Made by a program: the position numbers and the translations under genes. 44,281 bases of DNA from Planctomycetaceae bacterium (GTDB lineage: Bacteria > Planctomycetota > Planctomycetia > Pirellulales > UBA1268): positions 1-44,281 of the forward strand of contig SXHR01000131.1 of the NCBI GenBank assembly GCA_005773625.1, written 5' to 3'. The stretch's first letter is position 1; each line of letters opens with the position of its first letter. The notes beneath the pieces are model-generated. The model was not told the DNA's origin, made no database searches, and was given only the letters and a program-made list of their open reading frames with translations. Shown here piece by piece: positions 28,036 through 40,324 of the stretch.

Positions 28036-31000
28036 GTGAGTGAATACTTCATGCCGCTGCTGGTGAGGGTGAGCAGCCCTATGAAGCGGTCGAGAAAGGC
28101 CAGTTCCCGTGAGCCCGCCGCGAAGACCTGCTCGAATACGGGCGCGAGGCCGTAGACGAGCGCCTCGGTCGTTCGGGGATAGGGGAATTCTCCGGTCGCC
28201 CAGTTCTTTTTGGTGACGAACGAGTCGAAGCCTTCCGCCCGCCTGTCGGGCTTCGCGAACTGCAGATCGAACAGGCCGCACGGCCCGGCCACGGCGTCGC
28301 GGACGAGGCTGCAGAGATCGGCGAGACGGGCCGCGGGATCGACGTCGGGGGCGAGCACGACCGTGCGGATCTGGCAGGGGTTGATCGGCTTGCCAGCCTT
28401 CGAAAACGCCCCCGGCTTCCAGTCGCCATTTCGCGCCACCACCGAAACCTTGTCGATCGGCAGGCCCGCCGCCCGCGCGGCCACGAGCTGCACCGCGGCC
28501 ACGTGAAGCGGATGTCCGGACGACTTCTGTTCGGCAGTGCCCGCCGTGACGATCACCAGCTGCCCCGACGCCTCGTGCACGCCGGCGACATGCCCCACGA
28601 CGCGGCCGCCGGCCACGTCGATCCGCAGCTCCCGAGCGTCAGTGCCGGCCAAAGGCACGCCCTTCGAGGCCGCTTCGTCCCGCATGCCCCGGGCCACTCC
28701 GACGATCTCTTCCAGCTGCCGCGCGCCATGCAGGCCGAAGGGCAGCCGCCCGCTGTGCTGCATGGCCTCGATCCACGGACCCTCGGCGGCAGGATCCGCC
28801 ACGAGCAGCCCGAGCAGCTCGAGGATCAAGGCGCGTACCTCCCGGGCCTCGAGTTTCAGCGGAAACGTGGCCGGCGTCGCCGAGTCGTCGTCCCGCCAGG
28901 TGTCGATGCCGAGCGTCTCCTCGACATGGAGCCGGAGCGGATCCTTGACCATCCGCACGAGCATCGGGAGCTCGATCACGGGGAGGGGCTGGACCTCGGT
29001 CACGGACGCGGCCCTTGCAGCGCTCGCGTCGGTTTCCGCTCGTGATGGCCGGCCGACGAGCGGCGCCACTTCCGCTGCGGCCTGATCGTGGCTCCAGATC
29101 ACCCCCGGCTGCACCTTGCCGTCGAGAAAGTTGCCGCGGCCGAGGTGATGCCGCGGGTGGGAAAACTCGATGCCACTCGGTCCGGAGAGCTTCTCCCGCC
29201 GCACGCCGTGCCGGACCGCGAAGTCGACGAGCTCCGCCAGCGGCGTGACCAGCGGCAGCCGCTCGTTGTTCTTGATGCTCTGGCCGTTGCAGGTGATCAC
29301 GAGGCGGCGCTCCGCCGCCAGCAGGCAGTCGAGCAGCGCCCGCCGCTCGTCGATCCGCGGATCGACGTCGCCGGCGAGTTGCTGCCGGGTGACGAGATCG
29401 TCCCCATCCGCCTCGGACACGCCCACGGCGGCGTCGTCGTAGCCGATCACGCACACCACCTTGAAGGGCACGCCCCGCAGCGGCACCATCGAAGTGGCCG
29501 TGATCGCCCCGGTGCGGAGCGGCTGCCGGCCCGCCTTCTCGTCGAACCAGCCGGCCAGCAGCTGCCGCACGTCGTCGAACGGCACGAGGTGCGAGGCGCT
29601 GGCGGCGTCGCGGAGCCGACGGAGCAGGACGAAGGGTTCGGCGAGATCCCGACAATCCTCGCCGCAGAGGCCGACGAGTGCCGCCTCGATCGCATCGCAC
29701 CACTCCGCCGCCGGCCGGGCTTCCGCCGTGGTCGCCTCGAGGCCGCGGACGACACCGAGAATCCGCACGAGCTTCGCAATCGCCGAAATGTCTTCCGGGT
29801 CGAGGCCGGTCAGGGGCACGATCCCGCCCAGCTCGGGCCGCGGGTCGGCATCGGGGAGCGTCGCCCCGAGCAGCATTCGCTCGAGGCCGAGCTTCCACGT
29901 ATGGACTTCGGTGTCGGCCGTGAGCGTGAGGCCGCGGCGGCTGCGGTGACGGGCGTCGAGGCCCCAGCGGATGTTCGTTCGCTCCGCGAGGTCCGCCCAC
30001 GCCGCCACGGTGGCCTCGTCGACGGCGAAGTGGGCCTGCACGAGCGGATGGGCCGCCAGGCCGAGGACGTCGTCGATCGAGCAGCGGCCGCCGGGCATCG
30101 CGAGCAGAATCACCAGCAGGTCCACGGCTTCGCTGACCTCGCGAATGCCGCGATCGGCCACGACGAGCGGCAGCGTGATGGGCACTTCTTCGCCTGCCGC
30201 GCCGCGGCCTTTCACCCGCCGCTGAAACACGGCCTCGAGATGCGCCGCGGCCTTCTGAATGCACGGGCTGACGATCACGACGTCGTGCGGCTGGAGTCCG
30301 TCGATCTCCTGAAAGGCATGCAACAGGGCGTCGTGCAGCACCTCGGCCTGCCGTGAAAGGCTGTGGCAGCGATGAATCGCCACGGAGCGGTCGGCTGCGG
30401 GGTCGTGATCCTGCGACACTGCCTCGCCCCCTGCGGCCACGGTGGCCTGCATCCGGGCGAGCAGGGTGTCGGCCGGCGTGGCCGCGGGAGCAGGGGAGAC
30501 CGCGGCGACGGCGATGCCCTGCGAGGCGAGGAGTTCCTGGAGTTCGCGGCTGCCGGCGAGCCAGACCGGCAACAGCTGATCGACGCCATCGGGCAGGTCG
30601 GGATCCAGATGCCGTCGCGGCGGCACCCCGCGGGAGAGTCCCGGTAACGACGGCGTCCAGAATGCCTGCAGGCCCGGCGAGGGATGCACGAGCAGCACCT
30701 CGACATCGCGGGTCTCGCCGAGGCGTTCGAGGCACTGAAGCTGATGGAGCGACAGCGACTGCACGCCGGCCACGAGCAGCGGATCGCGGCCCGGCTGGTG
30801 GTCGAGGCTCAGCCGCGCCGGTGGCGATGGGCTGCCGATGCGTTGCCGCACGGCCCGCCAGAGCTCGAACTGCCAGCGGTCGCCGTCGCGGAGCTTGTCG
30901 GGCACCGGCTCGCCGTCCTGCCGTTCGTCGTTGGCGGTGGGGCTGAGGACGCGGTTCGGGTGGTCCCGTTCCCATTCGAGGATCATGCCCGGGCGGCGGA

Positions 31001-31406
31001 CGTGATAGTTGTCAAAAAGCCCTGCGATCCGATGGGCCGCCATCAGCGGCTCCCGCGGCACGTCGAACGGGATGCCGAGGCTCGCGGCCGCCGGGCCCGT
31101 GATCACGTCGAGCACGGCGAACGTGAGGCGGTCGAACGACCACGGATCGGCCGTGCCGCCCCGGGCGGGCTGCAAGAGCGCCGCGATCGTGCCCGGAAAC
31201 GAAAGCTCGACGGCCGCGACGATGCCGTCGCCGCCGCCGCGGGCGCCGAGCGTCCTGGCGAGCTCGGCGGCGAGCCATGCCTTCGCGCCGGGGTTGGGCA
31301 CCACGATTCGCGGCCGCGCGAACAGGTCGGCCGGCCTCGAGAGAAACGCGACCGCCGGGAGGAGAACCCCCTGCAGGCACGACACGGCGCGAATGGTGAG
31401 GGGCAT
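28032..31406 (-). CDS. recC: Exodeoxyribonuclease V gamma subunit (RecC)
   Basis: This 1124-aa ORF is translationally coupled to recB. The N-terminus (PRIVVPNPGAKAWLAAELARTLG...ELSFPGTIAALL) aligns by eye with the RecC N-terminal region. The call rests on length, this similarity and the recC-recB-recD order. Confidence 0.82.
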   Translation of the reverse strand: MPLTIRAVSCLQGVLLPAVAFLSRPADLFARPRIVVPNPGAKAWLAAELARTLGARGGGDGIVAAVELSFPGTIAALLQPARGGTADPWSFDRLTFAVLDVITGPAAASLGIPFDVPREPLMAAHRIAGLFDNYHVRRPGMILEWERDHPNRVLSPTANDERQDGEPVPDKLRDGDRWQFELWRAVRQRIGSPSPPARLSLDHQPGRDPLLVAGVQSLSLHQLQCLERLGETRDVEVLLVHPSPGLQAFWTPSLPGLSRGVPPRRHLDPDLPDGVDQLLPVWLAGSRELQELLASQGIAVAAVSPAPAATPADTLLARMQATVAAGGEAVSQDHDPAADRSVAIHRCHSLSRQAEVLHDALLHAFQEIDGLQPHDVVIVSPCIQKAAAHLEAVFQRRVKGRGAAGEEVPITLPLVVADRGIREVSEAVDLLVILLAMPGGRCSIDDVLGLAAHPLVQAHFAVDEATVAAWADLAERTNIRWGLDARHRSRRGLTLTADTEVHTWKLGLERMLLGATLPDADPRPELGGIVPLTGLDPEDISAIAKLVRILGVVRGLEATTAEARPAAEWCDAIEAALVGLCGEDCRDLAEPFVLLRRLRDAASASHLVPFDDVRQLLAGWFDEKAGRQPLRTGAITATSMVPLRGVPFKVVCVIGYDDAAVGVSEADGDDLVTRQQLAGDVDPRIDERRALLDCLLAAERRLVITCNGQSIKNNERLPLVTPLAELVDFAVRHGVRREKLSGPSGIEFSHPRHHLGRGNFLDGKVQPGVIWSHDQAAAEVAPLVGRPSRAETDASAARAASVTEVQPLPVIELPMLVRMVKDPLRLHVEETLGIDTWRDDDSATPATFPLKLEAREVRALILELLGLLVADPAAEGPWIEAMQHSGRLPFGLHGARQLEEIVGVARGMRDEAASKGVPLAGTDARELRIDVAGGRVVGHVAGVHEASGQLVIVTAGTAEQKSSGHPLHVAAVQLVAARAAGLPIDKVSVVARNGDWKPGAFSKAGKPINPCQIRTVVLAPDVDPAARLADLCSLVRDAVAGPCGLFDLQFAKPDRRAEGFDSFVTKKNWATGEFPYPRTTEALVYGLAPVFEQVFAAGSRELAFLDRFIGLLTLTSSGMKYSLT

Positions 31407-31467
31407 GGCGGGGGGTATCGTAGCGAAGCGGGAGCATTCCCGACGCCGATTCGGGGCGGGCCGTTCG

Positions 31468-31496
31468 CGGACCGCGAAAAAACCTCCTGCGGTCCG
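31468..31496. promoter_or_regulatory. 8-bp inverted repeat in the recC/sbcD divergent control region
   Basis: CGGACCGC (31468-31475) and GCGGTCCG (31489-31496) are perfect reverse complements separated by 13 nt (GAAAAAACCTCCT). They sit in the 134-bp gap between the recC and sbcD start codons. Confidence 0.35.
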
Positions 31497-31540
31497 TTTC
31501 CGGTGCGGCGCCGAGCCCGCCTGGCCGTAGACTCCCCGGC

Positions 31541-32679
31541 ATGCGTTTTCTCCATACCGCCGACTGGCACCTCGGCCGCATTCTCGCCGGCTTCGACCTG
31601 CTCGACGCCCAGCGGCACGCCCTCGACGCCCTCGCAGGCATCGCCGCCGAGGAGAAGCCCGATGCCATCGTCATCGCCGGCGACATCTACGACCGGGCCG
31701 TGCCCCCCGAGGACGCCGTCCGCACCTTCGACGACATCCTCCTGCGACTCGCCGCGATCGCTCCGGTGCTCGCGATCGCCGGCAACCACGACAGCGGGGG
31801 CCGGATCGACTTTGGACGCCGGCTCCTGCGAAAAGCGGGCGTGCACATCGCCGGCACCTCGCGGGACGGGATCGAGCGGATCGACCTCGCCGACGACCAC
31901 GGCACCGTCGCCTTCCACCTCATGCCCTACGCGACCCCCGAGGAGGTGCGCTCCGACCTGATGCGGAACGACCTGCGGTCGCACGACGATGCGACGCGGG
32001 CCCGGATCGCGACCGCCGACCTCGCGGGGACGTCGCGACACGTGCTCGTCGGCCATCTCTTCGCGCAGGGCGGCCGCGAGACCAAAGACTCCGAACGGGA
32101 CATCTCCGTGGGGGGGGTCTCCACCGTCGATCCAGCCGTCTTCGGGCCGTTCGCCTACACGGCGCTCGGGCATCTTCACCGGCCGCACCAGGTCGGTTCC
32201 GACCGGGTGCGCTACAGCGGATCGCTGGCCCGCTACTCCTTCGCCGAGGAGGATCACGACAAGACCGTGAGCGTCGTCGAGATCGACGCGGCCGGCGGCG
32301 TGGCCGTGCGGGAGATCCCGCTGCCGCAGAAGTACGGCATGCGGACGCTGCGGGGCAGCTTTGCGGCGATCTGCGGCGGGGTGGCCGCCGACGACCGCCG
32401 CGATCTCGATCTCGTGCGGATCCTGATCACCGACCCGATCATGGTGCCGTCGGCGCACGACCAGCTTCGCAGGGCCTATCCCCACCTGCTGGCGTTTTCC
32501 ATGGAGCCGTCCCCGGCCCCGGCGTCCGCCACGCCGGCGGCGCCGCAGTTCCGCCAGCAGGGCGAGCACGAGTTCGTGACGAAGTTCCTCGCAGACCGCT
32601 ACCCCGAAGCCGTCGGCGACGACATCGGTCGCCTGGCCCGCGAGTGCATGGAGCAGGCCATCAACTCGCAGGAGGCGAC

Positions 32680-32683
<4 letters not shown>
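31541..32683 (+). CDS. sbcD: Exonuclease SbcCD, nuclease subunit D (Mre11-like phosphoesterase)
   Basis: Calcineurin-like phosphoesterase motifs are present: MRFLHTADWHLG, VIAGDIYDR, AIAGNHD and VLVGHLF. Confidence 0.92.
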
Positions 32684-35391
<2,708 letters not shown>

Positions 35392-36521
35392 CGAGCCCGC
35401 GGATCAAGATGTCGTCTCCCGGGTGCGAGACGTCCTCGATCAGCAGGTTCGGGACGTCGGGCAGCGACGGCAGGTCGTTGCCGGCCGGCCCGCCGATGAT
35501 GCGGGCCGCGACGAAGGCCCAGACCTCGTCGATTTCGCCGGCGGCAAACAGCGAGGCGAGCAGCGTGGGACCTCCCTCCACGAGCAGGTTGGTCAGTCGC
35601 CGCGCGGCCAGTTCGCGGAGCAGCGCCGTGATCCGCAGGTCGCGGTCCCCGTCCGCACCGCGCCACACCTCACAGCCTGCCGCCTCCAGGGCCGTCATCC
35701 GTTCGGCGGGGGCGGCGGGGCCGACGGCCACGAGCACCGGCGACTCGCCGGCCGTACGGACCAGCTGGCTCGTCGTCGGCAGGCGGGCATTGCTGTCGAA
35801 CACGATCCGCAACGACTGCCGAGGCCCCGGCGACGAGCCTGGTGGCGGTCGGGCCGTGAGCAACGGATCGTCGGCCAGCGCCGTTGTGATGCCGATGGCG
35901 ATCGCGTCGATCCGGCTCCGCAGGTCGTGCACGAGGGCCCGTGATGGTGGCGAGGAGATCCAGCGATCCTGCCCGGCGGCGGCGGCAAACCTGCCGTCGA
36001 GGCTCATCGCCCACTTGGCGATCACCCAGGGTTTTCCCCCGGTCACGAGCTTGCGGAACGCCGCCGTGAGGCGGATCGCCTCCGGCTCGAGCAGGCCGGT
36101 CTCGACCCTGACGCCGGCCTGCCGCAGGGCTTCGAGGCCGCGGCCCGCCACCGCGGGGAACGGATCGCCGGCTGCGACCACGACGCGGACGATGCCGGCG
36201 GCGAGGATGGCGGCGGTGCACGGCGGGGTCTTGCCGTGGTGGCAGCAGGGCTCCAGCGTCACGTAGAGCGTCGCACCCCGGCTGCGTTCACCGGCCGCTT
36301 CGAGCGCGGCGACCTCGGCGTGCGGGCCGCCGAACCGACCGTGCCAGCCCTCGCCGACGATCCGGCCGCCGTCGTCGGCCGTCGCGACGACCGCACCGAC
36401 CTGCGGGTTTGGTTCCACCGCGCCGCGGCCCCGGGCGGCGAGCTCAATGGCCCGCCGCATCGCCGCCTCGTCGAAAGCCGTGAAGCTCATGAATGCGGCC
36501 CCGGGCCTGCGGCCTCGGGGC

Positions 36522-38708
36522 TCAGTTCGGTGTCCAGATGACCTTCTTCTCGCCCGCCTGCCCGGGCTTCTCGCCGCCCGGCGTCCAGAGTTTGCCCGTG
36601 TCGCCCCCGGCCGCGGGGAGTGCCGCGGCCGCCGGCGTCGCGCCGCCGGCGCGACCGGCGAGCGCGGAGAGATCGACTCCCGCCTCGGCCATCACTTCAG
36701 CGAACGCCTGCAGCACCTGCTGGTCGCGGCCGTGGTCGCGTCTGAGGTGTTCCAAGAGCCGCATGGTGTCGGCCTCGTCGCCCCGCTGCATCCGCACGCG
36801 GAGTTCCGCGACATCGAGCATGCCGTCGTTGGCCTTGAGCTCCGCGGCGATGCTGCGGAGGGCGGCGAGGATCTCGAGCTTGCGATGACTCGCAGCGGCC
36901 CGGTCTTCGAGCACGCCAAGAGCCTCCCAGCGGTCGGCCGGGGTGGCGTCGGCCCGTGCCGCCAGCGCCTCGGCGGCCCGCTCCGCGGCCCGTTCAAACC
37001 CGGCGTCGAGCGCGGTCACGAGCACGCCGCGGAGTTCGTCGATGCCGATCTTCGCCATGTCGAGCCGGTGCCAGCGCAGCGGCGGCACGCCGTCCTGCAG
37101 CGGCTGGGCCGATTCGATCGTCGCAGCCGGCGGCATGCCGAGCCGGCCCCGCATCGCGCCCCAGGCATCGCAGGCATCGGGCCGACGGGAGGTGGCCTCG
37201 CCCTCGGTCACGAGCGCCTCCACCCGGCGGGCGGCCTGCGGATCGGCGAGCGCCTCGCGGGGCGTCTTCCCGAGCAACTCGGGGAGGGGCGTGTCGGGCC
37301 AGACGTCGAGGAAGCGATCCCAGATCGCCTTGCGTTGCTCTTCGAGGAGCGTGTCGAACACCGACGGGCTCCCGGCGGGTGCCGGGGTCGGCGGTGCCGC
37401 GGGAGGACGCATGCGGAACTGGCTCCCCATCAGCCAGTTGGTCGGCCCGGTGCCGGGCATGGCGTCTCCCCCAGCCTCCGCCGCGAACACGCATCCCAGC
37501 AGTTTTTCGACGGCGGGGCGGGCCGTCCCGATGTCGGGGGCAAAGCCCTGGAGCACCGCCTCGGGCTCGCGGTCGGTCTGCCGACCGAAGACGAGCAGCG
37601 TCGCCAGGAGCCGGGCCGGGCTCTTGTCGTCGTAGACCCGCCATGCCGACCGTGGCGGCACGGCCCCCCTGCTCACCCACTGCGTCCGGTCGAAGGGAGC
37701 GGGATCGTAGTTGCCCGAATGGCGAAGCTTGTCCTCGAGGAGTTCGATGGCGGTCGTGCCCTCCTCGCCGGCCGGCACGGCAAGCGCGGCGGAGCAGCTC
37801 GCAAAGCGGATCAGCGGCGAGCGGTCAGGATCGGCCTCCGTCTCGAGCGCGATGGCCCTCCCCATCGCCTCCACGGCGTCGTCGTGCGGCACGTTCTTCA
37901 GCCGCGACACCGCCACCCAGGCCTCCGACGCCTCGAACGGCAGCGCGAGCATCTCGCAGACGACGGCGATGTTGGTGAACAGTTCCCGCGACTCCCCCGC
38001 CACTCCCTTGAGACTGCGGAAGGCGGTCAGTGCCTTGGAGAGCCGCCACTCGCGGGCGGCTCTGACGGCGGTGTCGAAGTCGGGTCGCCAGGGCGAGTCA
38101 GCCGGCGCCTCCTCGAGCCGCACCCGGGTGCGGAGCGCCGGCGGCACGCCCGACGAGCCGACGATCGAGGCGAGCAGTCGGCGCTCGTCCTCGGAGCCGA
38201 GCGCGGCGTCGGTGAGCCATTCGACGATGCCCTGGGCAAACCCCACATGCCCCAGTTGGGCCGCCGCCTGCACGAGCGTCGCCGCGATTTGCACCAGTTC
38301 CGCCGACACGTCGCGGGCCTCGCCCCCGGGTCCCTTCTCGCCGGCCTTCTCGCGGGCACGGTCGAAAGCGGCGGCCGCCTCCTGCATGCGGCCCGCGATC
38401 GCGTCAGTCACCGCCGCCTGGCCGAGCGCCAGGGGATTGTCGGGGAAGGCGTCGAGAAACGCCCTGCTGCTCGCGGCCGCCTCGGTGTATCGCTTCGAGG
38501 CGAGTTCGAGTTTCGTGCGGGTCGCCATCAGGCAGGGGCGGCCGGGCGACTTCTCCTCCAGCCGGCGGACCTGGTCGAGAGCGGCCGAGATCTGGTCCCC
38601 CTCGACGAGTCTGTCGAGCTGTTCGAGGTCGCCGACGAGGTCCGCGCAGCAAAACTTGATCTTCTTGCCGGTGCCGCCGGGACAGGGGGCGTAGGTGTCG
38701 ATCGCCAT
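36522..38708 (-). CDS. Helical-repeat protein with an N-terminal SEC-C-like metal-binding motif (728 aa)
   Basis: The ORF spans 36522-38825. The preferred start is ATG 38706-38708 (MAIDTYAPCPGGTGKKIKFCCADL...). CPGGTGKKIKFCC resembles the SEC-C motif CP-x-GSGKKYKKCC. The rest is Ala/Leu/Glu-rich and looks TPR-like or helical. Confidence 0.75.
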   Translation of the reverse strand: MAIDTYAPCPGGTGKKIKFCCADLVGDLEQLDRLVEGDQISAALDQVRRLEEKSPGRPCLMATRTKLELASKRYTEAAASSRAFLDAFPDNPLALGQAAVTDAIAGRMQEAAAAFDRAREKAGEKGPGGEARDVSAELVQIAATLVQAAAQLGHVGFAQGIVEWLTDAALGSEDERRLLASIVGSSGVPPALRTRVRLEEAPADSPWRPDFDTAVRAAREWRLSKALTAFRSLKGVAGESRELFTNIAVVCEMLALPFEASEAWVAVSRLKNVPHDDAVEAMGRAIALETEADPDRSPLIRFASCSAALAVPAGEEGTTAIELLEDKLRHSGNYDPAPFDRTQWVSRGAVPPRSAWRVYDDKSPARLLATLLVFGRQTDREPEAVLQGFAPDIGTARPAVEKLLGCVFAAEAGGDAMPGTGPTNWLMGSQFRMRPPAAPPTPAPAGSPSVFDTLLEEQRKAIWDRFLDVWPDTPLPELLGKTPREALADPQAARRVEALVTEGEATSRRPDACDAWGAMRGRLGMPPAATIESAQPLQDGVPPLRWHRLDMAKIGIDELRGVLVTALDAGFERAAERAAEALAARADATPADRWEALGVLEDRAAASHRKLEILAALRSIAAELKANDGMLDVAELRVRMQRGDEADTMRLLEHLRRDHGRDQQVLQAFAEVMAEAGVDLSALAGRAGGATPAAAALPAAGGDTGKLWTPGGEKPGQAGEKKVIWTPN

Positions 38709-38878
38709 GCGAGTGGGCTCTCCGAGTCGTCGGGAATCGGCCGTGCGGACCAAACCGGAATGTACCAGAGCCATGGTGCCGCGGAAGCGGCGCGACGGGT
38801 TGCCCGGCGGCGTCGCCAGTTGCATACTTCCGAGAGAGGCGCACGGTTGGCGGCCGACGGCGCCCGAGGCTCGTATTC

Positions 38879-40267
38879 GTGCAGCAGCCCCGCATCATCA
38901 TCGTCGATTCCGCCGCCGCGGCCCTGCCCTATGCGCGGCTGGTGGCGCGGCTCCAGCCGCTCGACGTGCGAATCGAGACGTCGCTCGACAAGGCGCTCGC
39001 CACGCTCGCCCGCGATTCATGGGACCTCGGCGTCGTGACGGCCGGATCGGGCCCCACGGCCGACGTGCTCTACGCGGCGCTCCGCAAGGCCGACCCGCAG
39101 TTGCCGATGGTCGTGATCGATCCCAAGCCGAGCGTTGACATGGCGCGGGCGTGCCTGCAGGCCGGAGCCGGCGATTATCTCGACATCACGCGGGTGGAGA
39201 CCGACCTCGAGGACGCGCTCGACCGACTGCTGAAGAACTCGCGGCGCCGGGCCGCCGAGGAAGTGCTCCGCCGGGCGGTCGAGCGGCCCTATTCGTTCGC
39301 CGAGTTCCTCGGCGAGAGCCCGGTGATGCGACAGGTCTACTCGATCATCGATCGGGTGGCGACGAGTTCGGTCGACGTGCTCGTGACCGGGGAGACGGGG
39401 ACGGGGAAGGAACTCGTCGCGCGGGCCATCCACACCCGCAGCCGGCGGGTCGAGGGGCCTTTCGTGCCGGTGGACTGCGGGGCGATTCCCGACGCGCTCA
39501 TCGAAAGCGAACTCTTCGGCCACGAACGGGGGGCGTTCACCGGCGCCGACGCCCGCCGCATGGGACTCGTGGAGTTTGCCGACGGCGGCACGCTCTTTCT
39601 CGACGAGGTGGGCGAACTGCCGCCGCCCCTCCAGGCAAAACTGCTTCGCGTGCTGCAGGAGCGGCGGGTGCGGCGCGTGGGCGCGCGGCAGGAAAACCCC
39701 GTGGATGTCCGCGTGGTGGCCGCGACGTCGCGGGACATCGACCAGATGGTGGAGCGGGGCGAGTTCCGCCGCGACCTGCTCTACAGGATCAACGTGGTGC
39801 GCGTCGATCTGCCGCCGCTGCGGGCCCGGGGTGACGACATCGGCCTGCTCGCCGAGTATTTCGCCAACAAGGCGGCTCAGGAGGCGGGCCGTTCGGTCGG
39901 CGGCCTCTCCACCGACGTCTACCAGGTGCTCAAGAGCTACCACTGGCCCGGCAACGTGCGGGAGCTCCAAAACGTGGTCCGACGGGCGGTCGCGATGACC
40001 CGGTCGCCCATGGCGGGCGTGGACGATCTGCCCGACGAGATCGTGGCCGCTGCCGGTCGGTCCGCGGCTGCCGAGGCCGGGGCCGTCGGCTTCTTCGCGC
40101 AGCGGGCGGAGCACGTGGCGAAGTTCGAGACGCACTACCTCGCCGAACTCCTCGGCCGGCATCAGGGCGACGTCTCGGCAGCGGCGCGGGAGGCACGGCT
40201 CCCCCGGGGCACGCTCTACCGTCTCATGAAGGGACACGGTCTCGACGGGGGCCAGTTTCGCAAGTAG
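38879..40267 (+). CDS. Sigma-54-dependent transcriptional activator (NtrC family) with an atypical receiver domain
   Basis: Start is GTG 38879, 9 nt after GAGG. The AAA+ core has Walker A VTGETGTGKELVARAIH, the sigma-54 contact loop ESELFGHERGAFTGA, Walker B GTLFLDEVGEL, plus VRVVAATSRDI and WPGNVRELQNVV. The C-terminal Fis-type HTH reads AAAREARLPRGTLYRLMKGHGL. The N-terminus has a receiver-like fold (PRIIIVDS...). Confidence 0.92.
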   Translation: MQQPRIIIVDSAAAALPYARLVARLQPLDVRIETSLDKALATLARDSWDLGVVTAGSGPTADVLYAALRKADPQLPMVVIDPKPSVDMARACLQAGAGDYLDITRVETDLEDALDRLLKNSRRRAAEEVLRRAVERPYSFAEFLGESPVMRQVYSIIDRVATSSVDVLVTGETGTGKELVARAIHTRSRRVEGPFVPVDCGAIPDALIESELFGHERGAFTGADARRMGLVEFADGGTLFLDEVGELPPPLQAKLLRVLQERRVRRVGARQENPVDVRVVAATSRDIDQMVERGEFRRDLLYRINVVRVDLPPLRARGDDIGLLAEYFANKAAQEAGRSVGGLSTDVYQVLKSYHWPGNVRELQNVVRRAVAMTRSPMAGVDDLPDEIVAAAGRSAAAEAGAVGFFAQRAEHVAKFETHYLAELLGRHQGDVSAAAREARLPRGTLYRLMKGHGLDGGQFRK

Positions 40268-40324
40268 CCGCAGGACGACGAATCGCCGGCGAACGGCGGC
40301 TCCGGAAACGTCCGTTCGGGCGAC

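Noticed and set aside
24919-28155. Plus-strand ORFs of 414 aa and 642 aa opposite recB.
   Set aside because: These are antisense shadows. recB carries all the UvrD-type helicase and PD-(D/E)xK nuclease motifs.
28639-30975. A 778-aa minus-strand ORF inside recC in another frame.
   Set aside because: Its composition is extremely Arg/Pro/Gly/Ala-rich (RRRR runs). The recC frame has normal composition and is coupled to recB.
38808-38825. A sigma-54-like sequence CGGCGTC...TTGCAT upstream of the bEBP gene.
   Set aside because: The GG-to-GC spacing is 13 nt rather than the strict 12 nt, and the -24 element matches poorly (GGCGTC versus TGGCAC).
36447-39038. An 863-aa plus-strand ORF opposite the SEC-C-motif gene and overlapping the ribD start and the bEBP start.
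   Set aside because: It has a low-complexity Arg/Gly-rich translation and overlaps three well-supported genes. It is an antisense artefact.
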